A DNA stretch of 64,000 nt from Longimicrobiales bacterium (GCA_965204735.1 OZ242008.1:4000001-4064000), one strand, 5' to 3'; positions 1 through 10,755 are shown, numbered from the stretch's first letter. Numbers and translations: made by a program. The notes: generated by a model not told the origin, from the sequence alone.

Positions 1-768
1 GCGCTGCCGGAAGGTCTCCTGGACTCGGAGCTCTTCGGCCACGAACGGGGCGCGTTCACGGGCGCAGAACGCCGGCGACGCGGTCGGTTCGAGCTTGCCG
101 ACGGCGGCACCCTCTTCCTGGACGAGATCTCCACCATTACCGCGGCCACACAGGTTCGTCTCCTGCGCGTGTTGCAGGAACGGGAGCTGGAGCGCGTAGG
201 CGGCGAGAAGACGATCCCGGTGGACGTGCGCATCGTCGCGGCCACCAACACCCCGGCCGACGAACTCCTCTCCGGCGACGACTTCCGCGACGACCTCTAC
301 TACCGCTTGCACGTGGTGCCCGTGACGGTGCCTCCTCTTCGGGAGCGCAAGGACGACATCCCCCTGCTCGTCGCCCACTTCGTGCAGAAGCTTCAGCCGC
401 GCACCCGTTCCCAGGCGACCGAAGTCGATGCCGTGGCGATGAAGCGCTTGGTGTCCTACGACTGGCCTGGGAACGTGCGGGAGCTGGAGAACGTGATGGA
501 GCAAGCTCTGGTGCTGGCGGACGGCGACGCGCTCTCCGAAAGCGACTTGCCCTTCCTGGCAAACTTGGGCACGGATGTAGGCCGGACGGCCTCCGGCGCT
601 CTGCCCGGCGACGGCGTGAACTTGGACAAGGCCGTCGACGGAATGGAAGAAAGGCTGATCCGGCAAGCGCTGGAGCGGTCCAACGGCGTCAAGGCCGAGG
701 CCGCCCGACTGCTGGGACTGAACAAGAGCACGTTCTACACAAAGCTGAAGAAGTACGGAATACAATGA
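1..768 (+). CDS. sigma-54-dependent transcriptional activator (NtrC-family AAA+ plus Fis HTH), 5'-truncated by window
   Basis: Frame 1 reads from base 1: [48 protein letters not shown] and C-terminal AARLLGL HTH. Confidence 0.95.
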   Translation, partial: ALPEGLLDSELFGHERGAFTGAERRRRGRFELADGGTLFLDEISTITAATQVRLLRVLQERELERVGGEKTIPVDVRIVAATNTPADELLSGDDFRDDLYYRLHVVPVTVPPLRERKDDIPLLVAHFVQKLQPRTRSQATEVDAVAMKRLVSYDWPGNVRELENVMEQALVLADGDALSESDLPFLANLGTDVGRTASGALPGDGVNLDKAVDGMEERLIRQALERSNGVKAEAARLLGLNKSTFYTKLKKYGIQ

Positions 769-1658
769 GGTGGACGTTGGCGGCACTGCTCGCCGGATCG
801 GCGGCGGCCCAAGGCTTTGCAACCGAACAAGCGGGCGCTCCGCTGTCGCCGTATTCGCCTTCGCCGCAGGACGTCCATGTCGCGCAGTACGACTCGACGA
901 GGACCGTCTATGTGCGGGCATACGCCTTGAAGACGGAGCTGGACAACAGCTGGAGCGACACCCTGGACCGCTTGGAGGAAGCTCGCGCCTCGGGAGCAGG
1001 CGCCCGCGAACGGGGAAGCTTGGTGGCCAGAGCGAACGAGCTGTCGGACGAACTCTTGGCGGCGACGCGGGCGGTCGTAACGGCAAAGACCGATTGGTGC
1101 GAGGCAGGCAACAGGCTGATTCACTTCATCGACGCCCGACTGGCGAGCTTGGACTTGCTGGACGTGATTCCACCCGACTACGTGACCTTGGACGCTCAGC
1201 TGAGGGACGTGGAGACGGAGATGGGCAAGCGGGGGCGAGACCTGGGCATACTGCCGGACTCGGGGCCCTGCGGCATCCAGGAGCTGCCTCCCTTCCCCGA
1301 AGTTCGCGTCCGCCCGGGAGACACCCCCGAGGAGATAGAGACCAAGGCCCAGCTGCTGGACGGCGAGGCAGAGAGACTGAAGGACGAAATCTCCGCCATG
1401 GAAGGCGAGATCGGGGTGCTCGAGAACCAGCAGGCCCGGGCCAGAAGACTGGCTGCCTACCGGGCCGAGCAGGAGGGCTTCGGCCGGGGCGACCCCGTGG
1501 AAGACCAAGTGTCCGAAGGGGTCGACCGAGAAGAAGAGCTGCCCGTCGAGGTCCGAATCGACAACCTGGAACGCTTGAAGAGCGAGATCGAAAAGCAGAG
1601 AGAAGAGTTGCTGGCCAGGGCCGAAGAGTTTCGGAGTCGGATCGGAGGCGCGCGATGA
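765..1658 (+). CDS. secreted coiled-coil hypothetical protein
   Basis: ATGA overlap with upstream stop; signal peptide [19 protein letters not shown]-rich heptad segments in the C-terminal half. Confidence 0.7.
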   Translation: MRWTLAALLAGSAAAQGFATEQAGAPLSPYSPSPQDVHVAQYDSTRTVYVRAYALKTELDNSWSDTLDRLEEARASGAGARERGSLVARANELSDELLAATRAVVTAKTDWCEAGNRLIHFIDARLASLDLLDVIPPDYVTLDAQLRDVETEMGKRGRDLGILPDSGPCGIQELPPFPEVRVRPGDTPEEIETKAQLLDGEAERLKDEISAMEGEIGVLENQQARARRLAAYRAEQEGFGRGDPVEDQVSEGVDREEELPVEVRIDNLERLKSEIEKQREELLARAEEFRSRIGGAR

Positions 1659-2815
1659 GGAAGCGGACTCGTTTCCTTTGCGTGGCCGGGCTGGCGGTCG
1701 TCGGTGCGGAAGCTCGACCGGCGGACGCCCAAGACTCTGCCGAGACGACGGGCACGCGCGTGTCCTTCGAAGACGTCACGGTTCGGGCCGGCGTGTCGGT
1801 CGGGGGCTACTGGGGCAACCTCTCCTCCGTCACGGTGGTGTGGACCGACCCGACGGAGAGGGCCTTTGCGGGCACCGGCTTCTTTCAGCTTGAAGGCGCC
1901 GTCGGATTCAGGCGAACGAACCGAGAACTCCGCGTCGCGTTCGACGGCGCGGTCCGCCAGTACGCCACGGGCGGATTCGAGCTGCGCAACTACGCGCCCC
2001 GGGAGTACAGCGGGGACGTGGGAGCGACGTACCGCCAGGCGCTCTGGGGCGGCCACGTCGCGGTAGCGGGGCAAGCAAGCGTCCGAAGCGTAGCCGACAG
2101 GCCCCCGATGCCGCTCTACCTGCAGCCGGGCTACAACAGCTCCTGGGCGTCGGTGCTCTACTCCAGAAGCCTGCCGCCCAACCGAGTCGTCCACGAGTTC
2201 GACGTCCATGGCACGTTCGAGAGTCGCGACTACGCCGCGCCGAGGGTTCTTCCCCAGCTGGACCTGCTGGATCGGTCCTCCGGCGAGGCTACCGCAGGCC
2301 TCAGCAGGTTTCTGGGTTCGGAGTACAGCACCCTCCGAGTCTTTGGAGCCTTCCGGTACCACAGCTATCCCCGCAAGGGGCTGAGCATCCGCCGAAGGGA
2401 CAAGGCCGGGCGGGCGGGCGTCGCCTGGACCCTGGACAGGTACGTCAGCCAAGGCCTTCAGGCGGAAGCCGGGATAAGCGGCACCTTCAACCGCTCCAAC
2501 TCGCGACGGGTCGAGTACAACTTGGTTGGATTCGAGGGCAAGCTGGCGAAGAGCCTCGGGTCCGCAACGGACTTGCTGCTGGACCTCAACGTCACCAGGA
2601 AGTCCTACCTTGCCCCAAGCCAGTACTTGGTTCCCGGCGAGGAGGTCGACGACTTGACGAGCGTCGAGGCCGGCGTGGTCCAGAGCTTGGGCTCGGTCTT
2701 CGCCACCATACGCGTGTACTGGAAGAAGGCCGAGACCAACATCAGCGGCGCCTACTACAGCAACTTCGGCGTGAGCTTCTCGATGAGCGCCACGCCGTGG
2801 AGGGGCGTCGGCTAG
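1655..2815 (+). CDS. probable outer-membrane beta-barrel protein
   Basis: ATG 1655 overlaps upstream TGA; signal peptide ending ADAQ; alternating aromatic/polar strands and C-terminal FGVSFSMSA. Confidence 0.6.
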   Translation: MRKRTRFLCVAGLAVVGAEARPADAQDSAETTGTRVSFEDVTVRAGVSVGGYWGNLSSVTVVWTDPTERAFAGTGFFQLEGAVGFRRTNRELRVAFDGAVRQYATGGFELRNYAPREYSGDVGATYRQALWGGHVAVAGQASVRSVADRPPMPLYLQPGYNSSWASVLYSRSLPPNRVVHEFDVHGTFESRDYAAPRVLPQLDLLDRSSGEATAGLSRFLGSEYSTLRVFGAFRYHSYPRKGLSIRRRDKAGRAGVAWTLDRYVSQGLQAEAGISGTFNRSNSRRVEYNLVGFEGKLAKSLGSATDLLLDLNVTRKSYLAPSQYLVPGEEVDDLTSVEAGVVQSLGSVFATIRVYWKKAETNISGAYYSNFGVSFSMSATPWRGVG

Positions 2816-4044
2816 CCTCGACCAGCGACGGCCGACAGCGCCCCAAGCACTTGCCGAATGTCGGCTTCGGTGTGGTCGGCGTTGATCTGGAAGCGGATCG
2901 ACTCGTCGCCTCGGGGGACCACGGGGTAGGCCAGCCCGGTGGCCAGGACGCCCGCGTCGAAGAGGGCGGCCACGAGCCGCCGGGTGGTCTCGGTGTCCCG
3001 GACCATGATCGGAACAATGGGGTGGTCGCCCGGGATGACCTCGAAGCCCCGGGCCGCCAGCCCTTCCTTGAAGCTCCGGGCAAGGGACCGAAGCCGCGCC
3101 AGCCGAGCTTCGCCCTCCGGGCTCTGAAGGATCTCCAGGGACTTGGCCGCCGCCGCGGCCTCGCCGGCGGTGATCGGGTTGGAGTAGACGTACATCGGCG
3201 AGGCCTCCCGAAGGAAGCGGACCACCGGCGCGCTGCTTGCCACGTAGCCGCCGTTGACGCCGAACGCCTTGCCCAAGGTGCCGACCAGGACGTCGCACGG
3301 GGGACTGTCGACGTGCTCCTCCGTGCCCCGCCCGGAGGGACCGAAGGCGCCCACGCCGTGCGAGTCGTCCACCATGACGACCACGTTCTCGGGGAAGCCG
3401 CCGTCGTGGCGGGCGGCGACGGCCATGATCTCGTCCACCGGAGCGTGGTCCCCCCTCATGGAGAAGACGCCGTCGGTCACCACGATGGCGCGTCGGGCCC
3501 TTTCCTTGGCGCTTGCCAGCGCCCGGTCCAGCGCCCCCAGATCCAGGTGGGGATAGACGGCCTTCCCCGCAGGCCGGGACATGCGGATGGCGTTGATGAT
3601 GCAGTTGTGGTTGAGCTCGTCGGAGAGGACGAAGGTGTTCTTGTCGACAAGCGAGACCAGCGCGCTCACCACGGCGGCGTAGGCCGACGAGAAGATCATC
3701 CCCGCTTCGCGCCCGTGGAAGGCGGCCAGGGCCCGCTCCAGCTCCACGTGATGCCTGTGCGTTCCGGCGATGAAGCGAACCGCGCCCGGACCCGCGCCCA
3801 TCGCCCGGGTCGCCCGCTCCTCGGCCTCGACGACGGCCGGGTGGAAGCCCAGTCCCAGGTAGGAGTTGGCGTTCATCCGGATGAAGGATCGGTCGCCCTG
3901 CCCCTCCAGAACGAAGCGCGGACCCAAGCCGTCCGCCGCCGGAACGACCTTCCGCACGACATGCTCGGCCCCCTTTGCGGTGCCCTGCTCCTCCAGCGCG
4001 GCCACTTGGCGCGCGACGACTTCGGCTAAACGGTCGATCGGCAT
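2812..4044 (-). CDS. kbl: glycine C-acetyltransferase (2-amino-3-ketobutyrate CoA ligase)
   Basis: AONS-family PLP motifs NSYLGL, SDELNHNCII, TDGVFSMRGD, DDSHGVG, GTLGKAFG; adjacent to a threonine dehydrogenase. Confidence 0.85.
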   Translation of the reverse strand: MPIDRLAEVVARQVAALEEQGTAKGAEHVVRKVVPAADGLGPRFVLEGQGDRSFIRMNANSYLGLGFHPAVVEAEERATRAMGAGPGAVRFIAGTHRHHVELERALAAFHGREAGMIFSSAYAAVVSALVSLVDKNTFVLSDELNHNCIINAIRMSRPAGKAVYPHLDLGALDRALASAKERARRAIVVTDGVFSMRGDHAPVDEIMAVAARHDGGFPENVVVMVDDSHGVGAFGPSGRGTEEHVDSPPCDVLVGTLGKAFGVNGGYVASSAPVVRFLREASPMYVYSNPITAGEAAAAAKSLEILQSPEGEARLARLRSLARSFKEGLAARGFEVIPGDHPIVPIMVRDTETTRRLVAALFDAGVLATGLAYPVVPRGDESIRFQINADHTEADIRQVLGALSAVAGRG

Positions 4045-5042
4045 CTCGGCGCTTTCCTCCCTGTTGCGCGTGCTGGGGCCTTCCCCCCCTTGGACCTGCC
4101 CACGCCCTTCAGCATCGCCGACACCGTGGCGGGCAGGTCGTACGCGGGGCGCCAGCCCCACTGGGCGCGGGCCTCCGAGTCGTCCAGGCGCTCCGGCCAG
4201 GAGTCGGCGATCGACTGGCGCAGGGGATCGGGGTCGTACTCGATCTCGAACTCGGGCAGGTGGACCCGGATCGCCCCGGCAAGCTCGGCGGGCGTGAACT
4301 GCATCGCCGTGACGTTGAAGGCGTTCCGGTGGGTCAGGGCCGCGGCCGGGGCCTCCATCAGCTCGACGGCGGCCCGGATCGCGTCCGGGACGTACATCAT
4401 GTCCATGCGCGTGTCGGAGCGCAGGAAGCAGCGGTAGCGACGCCCTTCGACGGCGGCGTGGAAGATCTCGACGGCGTAGTCGGTGGTGCCGCCGCCGGGC
4501 GGCGCCGAGTACGAGATCAGGCCGGGGAAGCGCAGGCCCCGAACGTCCACGCCGAAGCGGGCGTGGTAGTAGTCGCACAGCAGCTCGCCGGCGACCTTCG
4601 TGACGCCGTAGATCGTGGTGGGCCGCTGGAGCGTGGCTTGGGGCGTGGGATCCCGCGGGCTGGTGGGTCCGAACGCGGCGATCGAGCTGGGGACGAAGAC
4701 TTGGCTTCCGGTGGCTGCCGCCGCCTCCAGGACGTTGAGCAGCCCGTCCATGTTCGTGTGGTACGCCGCCAGAGGAGCCGCTTCCGCGGCGGCGGAGAGG
4801 ACGGCGGCGAGGTGGAAGATCGCAGTGGCGTCGAACTCCTCCACCGCTTGGCGCACCGCGCCGCCGTCGAGGCAGTTCAGCCGCATCGCCGGTCGGTCGC
4901 CGGCCCACTCGCCGGGGTCGCGGACGTCGGTGGCCAGCACGGCGGTCGCCCCGTGACGCTGCGCCAGCGCGGCGGTCAGCTCGGTGCCGATCTGTCCTGC
5001 CGCGCCCGTGACCAAGAAGCGATCCGCTCCGTCGCGCGTCAT
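4026..5042 (-). CDS. tdh: L-threonine 3-dehydrogenase, extended SDR (GalE-like) type
   Basis: GAAGQIG Rossmann motif, PSSIAAFG, YGVTK, GGGTTDYAV, ADSWP; next to kbl. Confidence 0.85.
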   Translation of the reverse strand: MTRDGADRFLVTGAAGQIGTELTAALAQRHGATAVLATDVRDPGEWAGDRPAMRLNCLDGGAVRQAVEEFDATAIFHLAAVLSAAAEAAPLAAYHTNMDGLLNVLEAAAATGSQVFVPSSIAAFGPTSPRDPTPQATLQRPTTIYGVTKVAGELLCDYYHARFGVDVRGLRFPGLISYSAPPGGGTTDYAVEIFHAAVEGRRYRCFLRSDTRMDMMYVPDAIRAAVELMEAPAAALTHRNAFNVTAMQFTPAELAGAIRVHLPEFEIEYDPDPLRQSIADSWPERLDDSEARAQWGWRPAYDLPATVSAMLKGVGRSKGGKAPARATGRKAPRCRSTV

Positions 5043-5359
5043 CGAGCCTTCCGGGTCCAGCGTTCCCCGTCTCGCTCCTCGTACTTCTCCATCACCCGAT
5101 CGAAGGCGCGCGCCAGGTCGATCCCCTGCTGGTTGGCCAGCGACGCCAGCACGAAGAGCACGTCCCCGATCTCCAGCTCGAGCTCCGACGGCGCTTCGTC
5201 CCCGCGCTTGGGCTTGCAGCCGAACTGGTGGTTGATCTCCCGGGAGAGCTCGCCCACCTCCTCCACCAGCCGGGCCAGCACCGCCAGCGGCGGCCAGTAG
5301 CCTTCCTCGAAGCGGTCGATCCAGCGGTCCACCCGAGCCTGGAGTTCTTGAAGCTCCAC
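5039..5359 (-). CDS. MazG-like nucleotide pyrophosphohydrolase (YpjD-like)
   Basis: RLVEEVGEL and ELEIGDVLF acidic motifs; 106 aa. Confidence 0.85.
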   Translation of the reverse strand: MELQELQARVDRWIDRFEEGYWPPLAVLARLVEEVGELSREINHQFGCKPKRGDEAPSELELEIGDVLFVLASLANQQGIDLARAFDRVMEKYEERDGERWTRKAR

Positions 5360-5402
5360 AACGTCGCTCCGGGCGTGCCGCGCCGGGGTTCGGGGCCCTG
5401 GC

Positions 5403-6422
5403 CTAGGGCCTGAGGACGATCTTGCCGAAGACTTCGCCCGCCTCCAGCATCTCGTGCGCCCGGCGGGCCTCGCCCAGGGGAAGCACGGCGTGGATCGGGG
5501 GCGTCGCGGCCCCGGCGAAGACTTGATGCATGGCGGCCCGGAACTCGGCGGGCGTGCCCATCGTCGAGCCCATGACCGTGAGCTGCCGCCAGAAGAGGAC
5601 GCGCAGGTCGACGGCGCCTTCGTGGCCCGTGGTGGCGCCGAAGCAGACCAGCCGACCGCTCACCGCCAGCGTCCGGACCAAGTCCCCGAAGAGGGCCTTT
5701 CCCACCGAATCCAGGCACAGGTCGATCCCTCGCCTGCCCGTGGCCCGGTAGACGTCGCGGCTCCAGCTGGGGACGGTGCGGTCGAAGACGTGGTCGGCGC
5801 CCAGCTCCCGTACCGCCTTTGCGAAGTTGGGCGACGTGAGGGCGTAGACCTCTGCTCCCGCCGCCTTCGCGTACTGGATCGCCAAGGTGGAGACGCCGCC
5901 GCTGGCGCCGGTGACGAGGACCCGCTCCCCGGCCGCGAGCCTGCCCCGCGAGACGAGGCCCCGCCAAGCGGTCACGCCCGCCAAGGCCGCCGCCGCCGCC
6001 GTCTCGAGCGACACGTCCTGGGGGACTTCCACCAAGTTCGCGGCCGGCGCCACGCAGAACTGGGCGAAGCCGCCCTGCGCGTGCTCGCCGATGACGGTGT
6101 AGGGTTCGGCCCTTGCGCCGTCCCAGCGCGCCAAGTCGTACCAGTGGTAGGCGATCGACGGGTCCACGACCACCCGCCTTCCCCGCCAAGCCCGCTCGAC
6201 GCCGGGTCCCGTCCGCTCCACCACGCCGGCCACGTCCGACCCGCCGACGTGGGGCATGGGAATCTCGATGGGCAGGCCCCGCCGCAGCCACAAGTCCAGG
6301 TGGTTCAGCGACGACGCCTCGACCCGGATTCGGACTTCGCCGGGTCCGGCTTCGGGCGTCTTCACCTCCTCGACGGCGACGACCTCGGGTCCCCCGTTCT
6401 TGTGGAACACGGCGGCTAGCAT
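5403..6422 (-). CDS. MDR-family (quinone oxidoreductase/alcohol dehydrogenase-like) oxidoreductase
   Basis: SLNHLDLW, GSDVAGVV, VLVTGASGGV, GSTMG, FGKIVL. Confidence 0.85.
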   Translation of the reverse strand: MLAAVFHKNGGPEVVAVEEVKTPEAGPGEVRIRVEASSLNHLDLWLRRGLPIEIPMPHVGGSDVAGVVERTGPGVERAWRGRRVVVDPSIAYHWYDLARWDGARAEPYTVIGEHAQGGFAQFCVAPAANLVEVPQDVSLETAAAAALAGVTAWRGLVSRGRLAAGERVLVTGASGGVSTLAIQYAKAAGAEVYALTSPNFAKAVRELGADHVFDRTVPSWSRDVYRATGRRGIDLCLDSVGKALFGDLVRTLAVSGRLVCFGATTGHEGAVDLRVLFWRQLTVMGSTMGTPAEFRAAMHQVFAGAATPPIHAVLPLGEARRAHEMLEAGEVFGKIVLRP

Positions 6423-6452
6423 GGGCTAAAGATAGACGATTAGCTTTGGGCC

Positions 6453-6881
6453 GTGGACACAGCGACGAGTCGCGGGAGCGAGGGCGTGCCCGAAGCCGAA
6501 GGCGGGTTGCGCGCGCAAGGCGAACCGGGCCCCGAACCGGGCCAAGACGAGGACGACCGGACGCTGGGCGGGTACTTCTCCGTGCACAGCCGGCCCCCGG
6601 CCTTCGAGGGATGCGACGGCCAGCCCTACACGGTCTCCATCGAGACGGAGCGCTCGCCGGACCTGAAGGCGCCGGTGGCGGGGTACCTGGTCTTTCCCCG
6701 CTGGGCCGAGACGGGGCTGGGGATCGTGGGACACGTGGAGACGCCCTTGCTGTGGAGGGGCCCAACGCGGGAGGCGGTCGCCGAGGACGTCGGGGAGACC
6801 GGCCTGGGCGAGGTCCAGCGACTGCTGAACGAAGCGATCGTGCGCCGAACGGAGGGCGGCGGCGGGAACGGAGCACCGTGA
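6453..6881 (+). CDS. hypothetical protein
   Basis: Clean ORF with protein-like composition; GTGA overlap with queE. Confidence 0.65.
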   Translation: MDTATSRGSEGVPEAEGGLRAQGEPGPEPGQDEDDRTLGGYFSVHSRPPAFEGCDGQPYTVSIETERSPDLKAPVAGYLVFPRWAETGLGIVGHVETPLLWRGPTREAVAEDVGETGLGEVQRLLNEAIVRRTEGGGGNGAP

Positions 6882-7612
6882 AGATGCGTGGCCGGCCCGC
6901 ATCCACGGCGGCGTCCAACCGCACGCCTTCCTTGCCGGCCCAGGCCAGGAACGATTCCGTCCGCGTGACCGAGGTCTTCCACTCGATCCAGGGAGAGTCC
7001 ACGTGGGCGGGGCTGCCCTGCACCTTCGTCCGGCTGACGGGCTGCCCCCTGCGCTGCGTCTGGTGCGACACCGCCTACGCCTTCCACGGGGGAACGCGGC
7101 GGCCGATCGGCGAGGTCGTGGAGGAGGTGGCGGCGCTCGGGTGCCGGCTCGTGGAGGTGACCGGCGGAGAGCCGCTGGCGCAGCCAGGCGCGGCGGTGTT
7201 GACCAAGCGCCTCCTGGACCAGGGATGCACGGTCCTCGTGGAGACGTCGGGAGCGGTGGACGTAAGCGGTCTCGACCCCCGAGCCCATCGAATCATGGAC
7301 TTGAAGTGCCCCGGCTCCGGGGAGGAAGGCCGCAACTTGTGGGCCAACCTGGACCACCTGACGGCCCGGGACGAGATCAAGTTCGTGGTGGCGGGCGTGG
7401 AAGACTTGCAGTGGGCCTGCGACGTGGTCCGGCGCCGGGGTCTCGACCACCGCGTGGCGACCGGCTCGCTGCGCGCTCTGCTGGTGTCTCCCGTCTGGGG
7501 CGTGGAGAACGTGGAAGCGCTGGCGGAGGCCGTTCTGGCCAGCGGCCTGCCGCTCCGGTTCCAGACCCAGCTCCACAAGCACATCTGGGGGCCGGACCGG
7601 GCCGGGGTGTAG
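6878..7612 (+). CDS. queE: 7-carboxy-7-deazaguanine synthase (radical SAM)
   Basis: EVFHSIQGES, FVRLTGCPLRCVWCDT, TGGEPL, ETSG, QLHKHIW; start approximate. Confidence 0.9.
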   Translation: MKMRGRPASTAASNRTPSLPAQARNDSVRVTEVFHSIQGESTWAGLPCTFVRLTGCPLRCVWCDTAYAFHGGTRRPIGEVVEEVAALGCRLVEVTGGEPLAQPGAAVLTKRLLDQGCTVLVETSGAVDVSGLDPRAHRIMDLKCPGSGEEGRNLWANLDHLTARDEIKFVVAGVEDLQWACDVVRRRGLDHRVATGSLRALLVSPVWGVENVEALAEAVLASGLPLRFQTQLHKHIWGPDRAGV

Positions 7613-7617
7613 TAGAG

Positions 7618-8295
7618 ATGCCGACAGGAACCGCCTCCGCCTTGGTCGCCGCTCGATCGCCTCAGGACGCTCCCCCGACACTTCTCTCCCAACTGCCTCG
7701 AGCCCTGTCGGACCGCTTCGGCGCACCGTCGTCGGCCGTGCCCGACAGGCGGCGGCGGAACGCGGCGGTGGCCGTCGTGCTGCGGCCTCCGGCTACGTCG
7801 GCTTCGTCCGACGGCGGGTGGTCGCAAGCGACGGTCGCGGCCTCCGACGTGCTGCTCATCCGGCGGGCCGAGTCGGAGCGCGACCCCTGGTCCGGGCAGA
7901 TGGCCTTGCCCGGCGGTCGCCTGGACCCGACGGACGTGTCGCTGGTGGCGGCAGCCGTCCGCGAGACGCAGGAGGAAACCGGCGTGGCGCTGGCGCCCGC
8001 GCGGGACCTGATCGGCCGCTTCCCCACGGTTCGGCCGGTGAGCGTCCACATCCCCACGGTGACGATATGGCCGTTCGTCTTTGCGACCGCTCCCCGCACG
8101 CAGGCCCGAGCCGCCAGCGCCGAAGTCGCGTCGGCCCACTGGCTCTCGGTCGCGTCCCTGACGGACCCCGGCGCCCAAGGCGTCCACCACTGGCAAGGCG
8201 CCGGCGAGCGCGGATCGTTTCCGTGCGTCCGCGTGGACGGCTGCGTCGTCTGGGGCCTGACCTACCGCATCCTGATCCGGTTGTTCGGGCTGTGA
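7618..8295 (+). CDS. Nudix hydrolase, CoA pyrophosphatase-like
   Basis: AAVAVVL, WSGQMALPGG, AVRETQEETG Nudix box, VWGLT. Confidence 0.85.
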   Translation: MPTGTASALVAARSPQDAPPTLLSQLPRALSDRFGAPSSAVPDRRRRNAAVAVVLRPPATSASSDGGWSQATVAASDVLLIRRAESERDPWSGQMALPGGRLDPTDVSLVAAAVRETQEETGVALAPARDLIGRFPTVRPVSVHIPTVTIWPFVFATAPRTQARAASAEVASAHWLSVASLTDPGAQGVHHWQGAGERGSFPCVRVDGCVVWGLTYRILIRLFGL

Positions 8296-9587
8296 AGGAA
8301 GTCCGCGCACCGGGCGCGTGGGCGGCGACGCTGGCGGCGGCGCTGGTCCCGACCGTCTGCGGGCCGGACAGTGGACGACCGGGAGAGCAGGTCGGCGCGG
8401 GCACCGTGCACCGCGACTCGTCGGGCGTCGCAATAGCCGAAGCCGCTTGGCCGCTGTGGGGCGAGGGAGACGGCTGGACGGTCGTCGAGCCGCCTCTGCT
8501 GGAGATCGGAACCGCCACCGGAGACCCCGACTACCAGCTGGCCGACGTGAGCGGCGCGGCGAGGCTGGCGAGCGGCGGCATCGTCGTCGCCGTGCAAGGG
8601 TCGAACGAGTTGCGGTGGTTCAGCGAGGACGGGGCGTTCATCCGCCGCGCAGGCGGCGAGGGAGAGGGCCCCGGCGAGTTCAGCGGCTTGAGCTTCGTGG
8701 ACGTCCTGCCGGGAGATTCGGTGGCAGCCTTCGACGACCGGCTGGAAAGGGTTCACGTCTTCGGTCCCGACGGCGTTCTGTCTCGGACCTTGCGGATCGA
8801 GCGGCCCAGGCCGGGAACCCAACCCCACATTGCCGTGGGACTCGCGACCGGCGGTTTGCTGGTGCGCTTCATGGACTACAGCGTGGAGGCGGAGTCGGGG
8901 ATCGTCCGCTGGCCCGGAGAGGTCCTCGCTCTCGTGAGCCTGGAGGACGGATCGTCGCAAGCGATCGCCGACGTGCCGGGCCGCGAGGCCGACGTGACGT
9001 TTCGCGAAGGCGGCGGCTACATCCACGGGGCCTACCTCTTCGCGAAGGGACCTGTGTTCGCCGTGTTCAACGCTCGCCTTGCTCTGGCGGGCGACGAGGA
9101 GTACACGATCCGAATCACGGGAGTGGACGGCTCCTCGCCCCTTTCCGTCAGGCGCGACATGGCTGTCCAGCGCGCCACCCAAGCCCACCTGGACACGACA
9201 GTTGCCGCCGTCCTTGCAACGGTGTTCCCCGAAGGGGGGGACCACTCCCCTGAGGATGTTGCGCGCTTGGAGGAGATCTGGCGACGGGGGCCCATGGCCG
9301 AAACGTTGCCCGTCCTGCGGTCCATGCACTACGACGCCGCGGGCAACCTGTGGGTCGAGCCCTTCTACGTCCGGGGTTCCGACATCCCGCCCTACCAAGT
9401 GTTCGCGCCGGACGGGACTTGGCTGGCCGAAGTCGCCCTCCCCTCTGGCCTCGACCGCGGCTGGGTAGCCGAAATGGCGCCCCGCCTGGAGCTTGGCGCC
9501 GACTACGTGCTGGGCGTGTGGACGGACGACCTGGACGTACAGCGAGTGAGGATGTATCGGCTGGAGAAGGTCGCCGGCAAGCAGTAG
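8292..9587 (+). CDS. 6-bladed beta-propeller (NHL-like) lipoprotein
   Basis: GTGA overlap; possible lipobox LVPTVC; GEGEGPGEF, GNLWV, VFAPDGTWL, DDLDVQRV. Confidence 0.75.
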   Translation: MKEVRAPGAWAATLAAALVPTVCGPDSGRPGEQVGAGTVHRDSSGVAIAEAAWPLWGEGDGWTVVEPPLLEIGTATGDPDYQLADVSGAARLASGGIVVAVQGSNELRWFSEDGAFIRRAGGEGEGPGEFSGLSFVDVLPGDSVAAFDDRLERVHVFGPDGVLSRTLRIERPRPGTQPHIAVGLATGGLLVRFMDYSVEAESGIVRWPGEVLALVSLEDGSSQAIADVPGREADVTFREGGGYIHGAYLFAKGPVFAVFNARLALAGDEEYTIRITGVDGSSPLSVRRDMAVQRATQAHLDTTVAAVLATVFPEGGDHSPEDVARLEEIWRRGPMAETLPVLRSMHYDAAGNLWVEPFYVRGSDIPPYQVFAPDGTWLAEVALPSGLDRGWVAEMAPRLELGADYVLGVWTDDLDVQRVRMYRLEKVAGKQ

Positions 9588-9600
9588 GCCTGCTGGGTCA

Positions 9601-10755
9601 TTATCCGCCATCCTGGGAGACCGGCTCGCCTCCGGCAGCATCTTCGTCGCCAGGGACGACGGAAACGGCCAGCTCCATCGCGTAGCCGTCGTAGCTTGCC
9701 AAGTAGGCTCCGTTCGGGGTGCGGTCCCATACGCGATACGCCTTGTCGTGGAGTGTGGAGGCCAGGACGGCGCCGTCTGGGGTCACGACCGTCCAGAGGC
9801 TGTAGGGGCGTCCGCGTCGGTCGGAGTAGTAAAGTGCCACGTTCAAGATGTCGCCGCCCGTGGTTTCTCCAACGTACATGGATCGGTTCCACCTGAACTG
9901 ATACAACGTGCCGGGACTTTCGGGCGCCGTGGCCCGCGTCAGTTCGGAGGACGAGATCACGTCCTCGTCTTCCACAATCCGAACGGGCCGGCCGGGGTCA
10001 AGTTGCACGTACCGGGTGATTCTGAACGGAGCCAAGTCGGACACCAGCAGGTCCCCGTCGCTGGTCCGTCCCATCGCGTTGCCGGTGAGGTAGTTCGCGA
10101 CGCGCCAGTCTTCGTGTTCGAAGCCGGGATGCCAATTGGACGACAGAGTTCCGTGAAGGTCGAATCGATGCACCGAGCGCCCATAATTCGAATCGCCGGG
10201 GTAGGCGCCACCGCCTATGACGAATCCCCCGTCCTCCAAGGCGACAAAGCTCCAGGTCTGCATGGGAGGCAGCTCCGAGTGACGACTTTCGCTTCGGTCC
10301 CTTGCTCCCATTTGCAGCTCGTCCCTGCCGAGAATCAGGAAGGTAGAGTCGCCCACGACGGAGATCCGCCTGATTTCGTCCACACTCTTGGTTGCCGAGC
10401 CGCGCCACGTCGCCTTGCGAGGACGGCTTCCGTCGGGTTGCAGCTCCCACACTTCGGCGCTTTCCCCATCCCCCACCCAGAGAGTGCCGTCGGGCCACGC
10501 CGCCATCCCGGCGACCCCGTGGAAGTCGGCGTGGACGCCCGTCCTCCACGACTCGACGACTTGCATCGACATCGGGCCGCGCTCCTCGACGGGAGCTTGG
10601 GGTTGCCCCGTGCCTCGGATCAGCCCCGTGTCGCGCTGGCACCCAGTGGCCACGACGACGAGGCCCAGCACGGCGGCGAGGAAGAGGTCCCGCGGGCCTG
10701 ATTCGGCGGAGCGAGACCCTGGCCGCGCTCGGCGGGTTCTGCACGGTCTCGTCAT
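9601..10755 (-). CDS. beta-propeller (NHL-like) lipoprotein
   Basis: Lipobox VATGC; blade-like repeats PDGTLWVGD, SDGDLLVSD, VVTPDG. Confidence 0.65.
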   Translation of the reverse strand: MTRPCRTRRARPGSRSAESGPRDLFLAAVLGLVVVATGCQRDTGLIRGTGQPQAPVEERGPMSMQVVESWRTGVHADFHGVAGMAAWPDGTLWVGDGESAEVWELQPDGSRPRKATWRGSATKSVDEIRRISVVGDSTFLILGRDELQMGARDRSESRHSELPPMQTWSFVALEDGGFVIGGGAYPGDSNYGRSVHRFDLHGTLSSNWHPGFEHEDWRVANYLTGNAMGRTSDGDLLVSDLAPFRITRYVQLDPGRPVRIVEDEDVISSSELTRATAPESPGTLYQFRWNRSMYVGETTGGDILNVALYYSDRRGRPYSLWTVVTPDGAVLASTLHDKAYRVWDRTPNGAYLASYDGYAMELAVSVVPGDEDAAGGEPVSQDGG

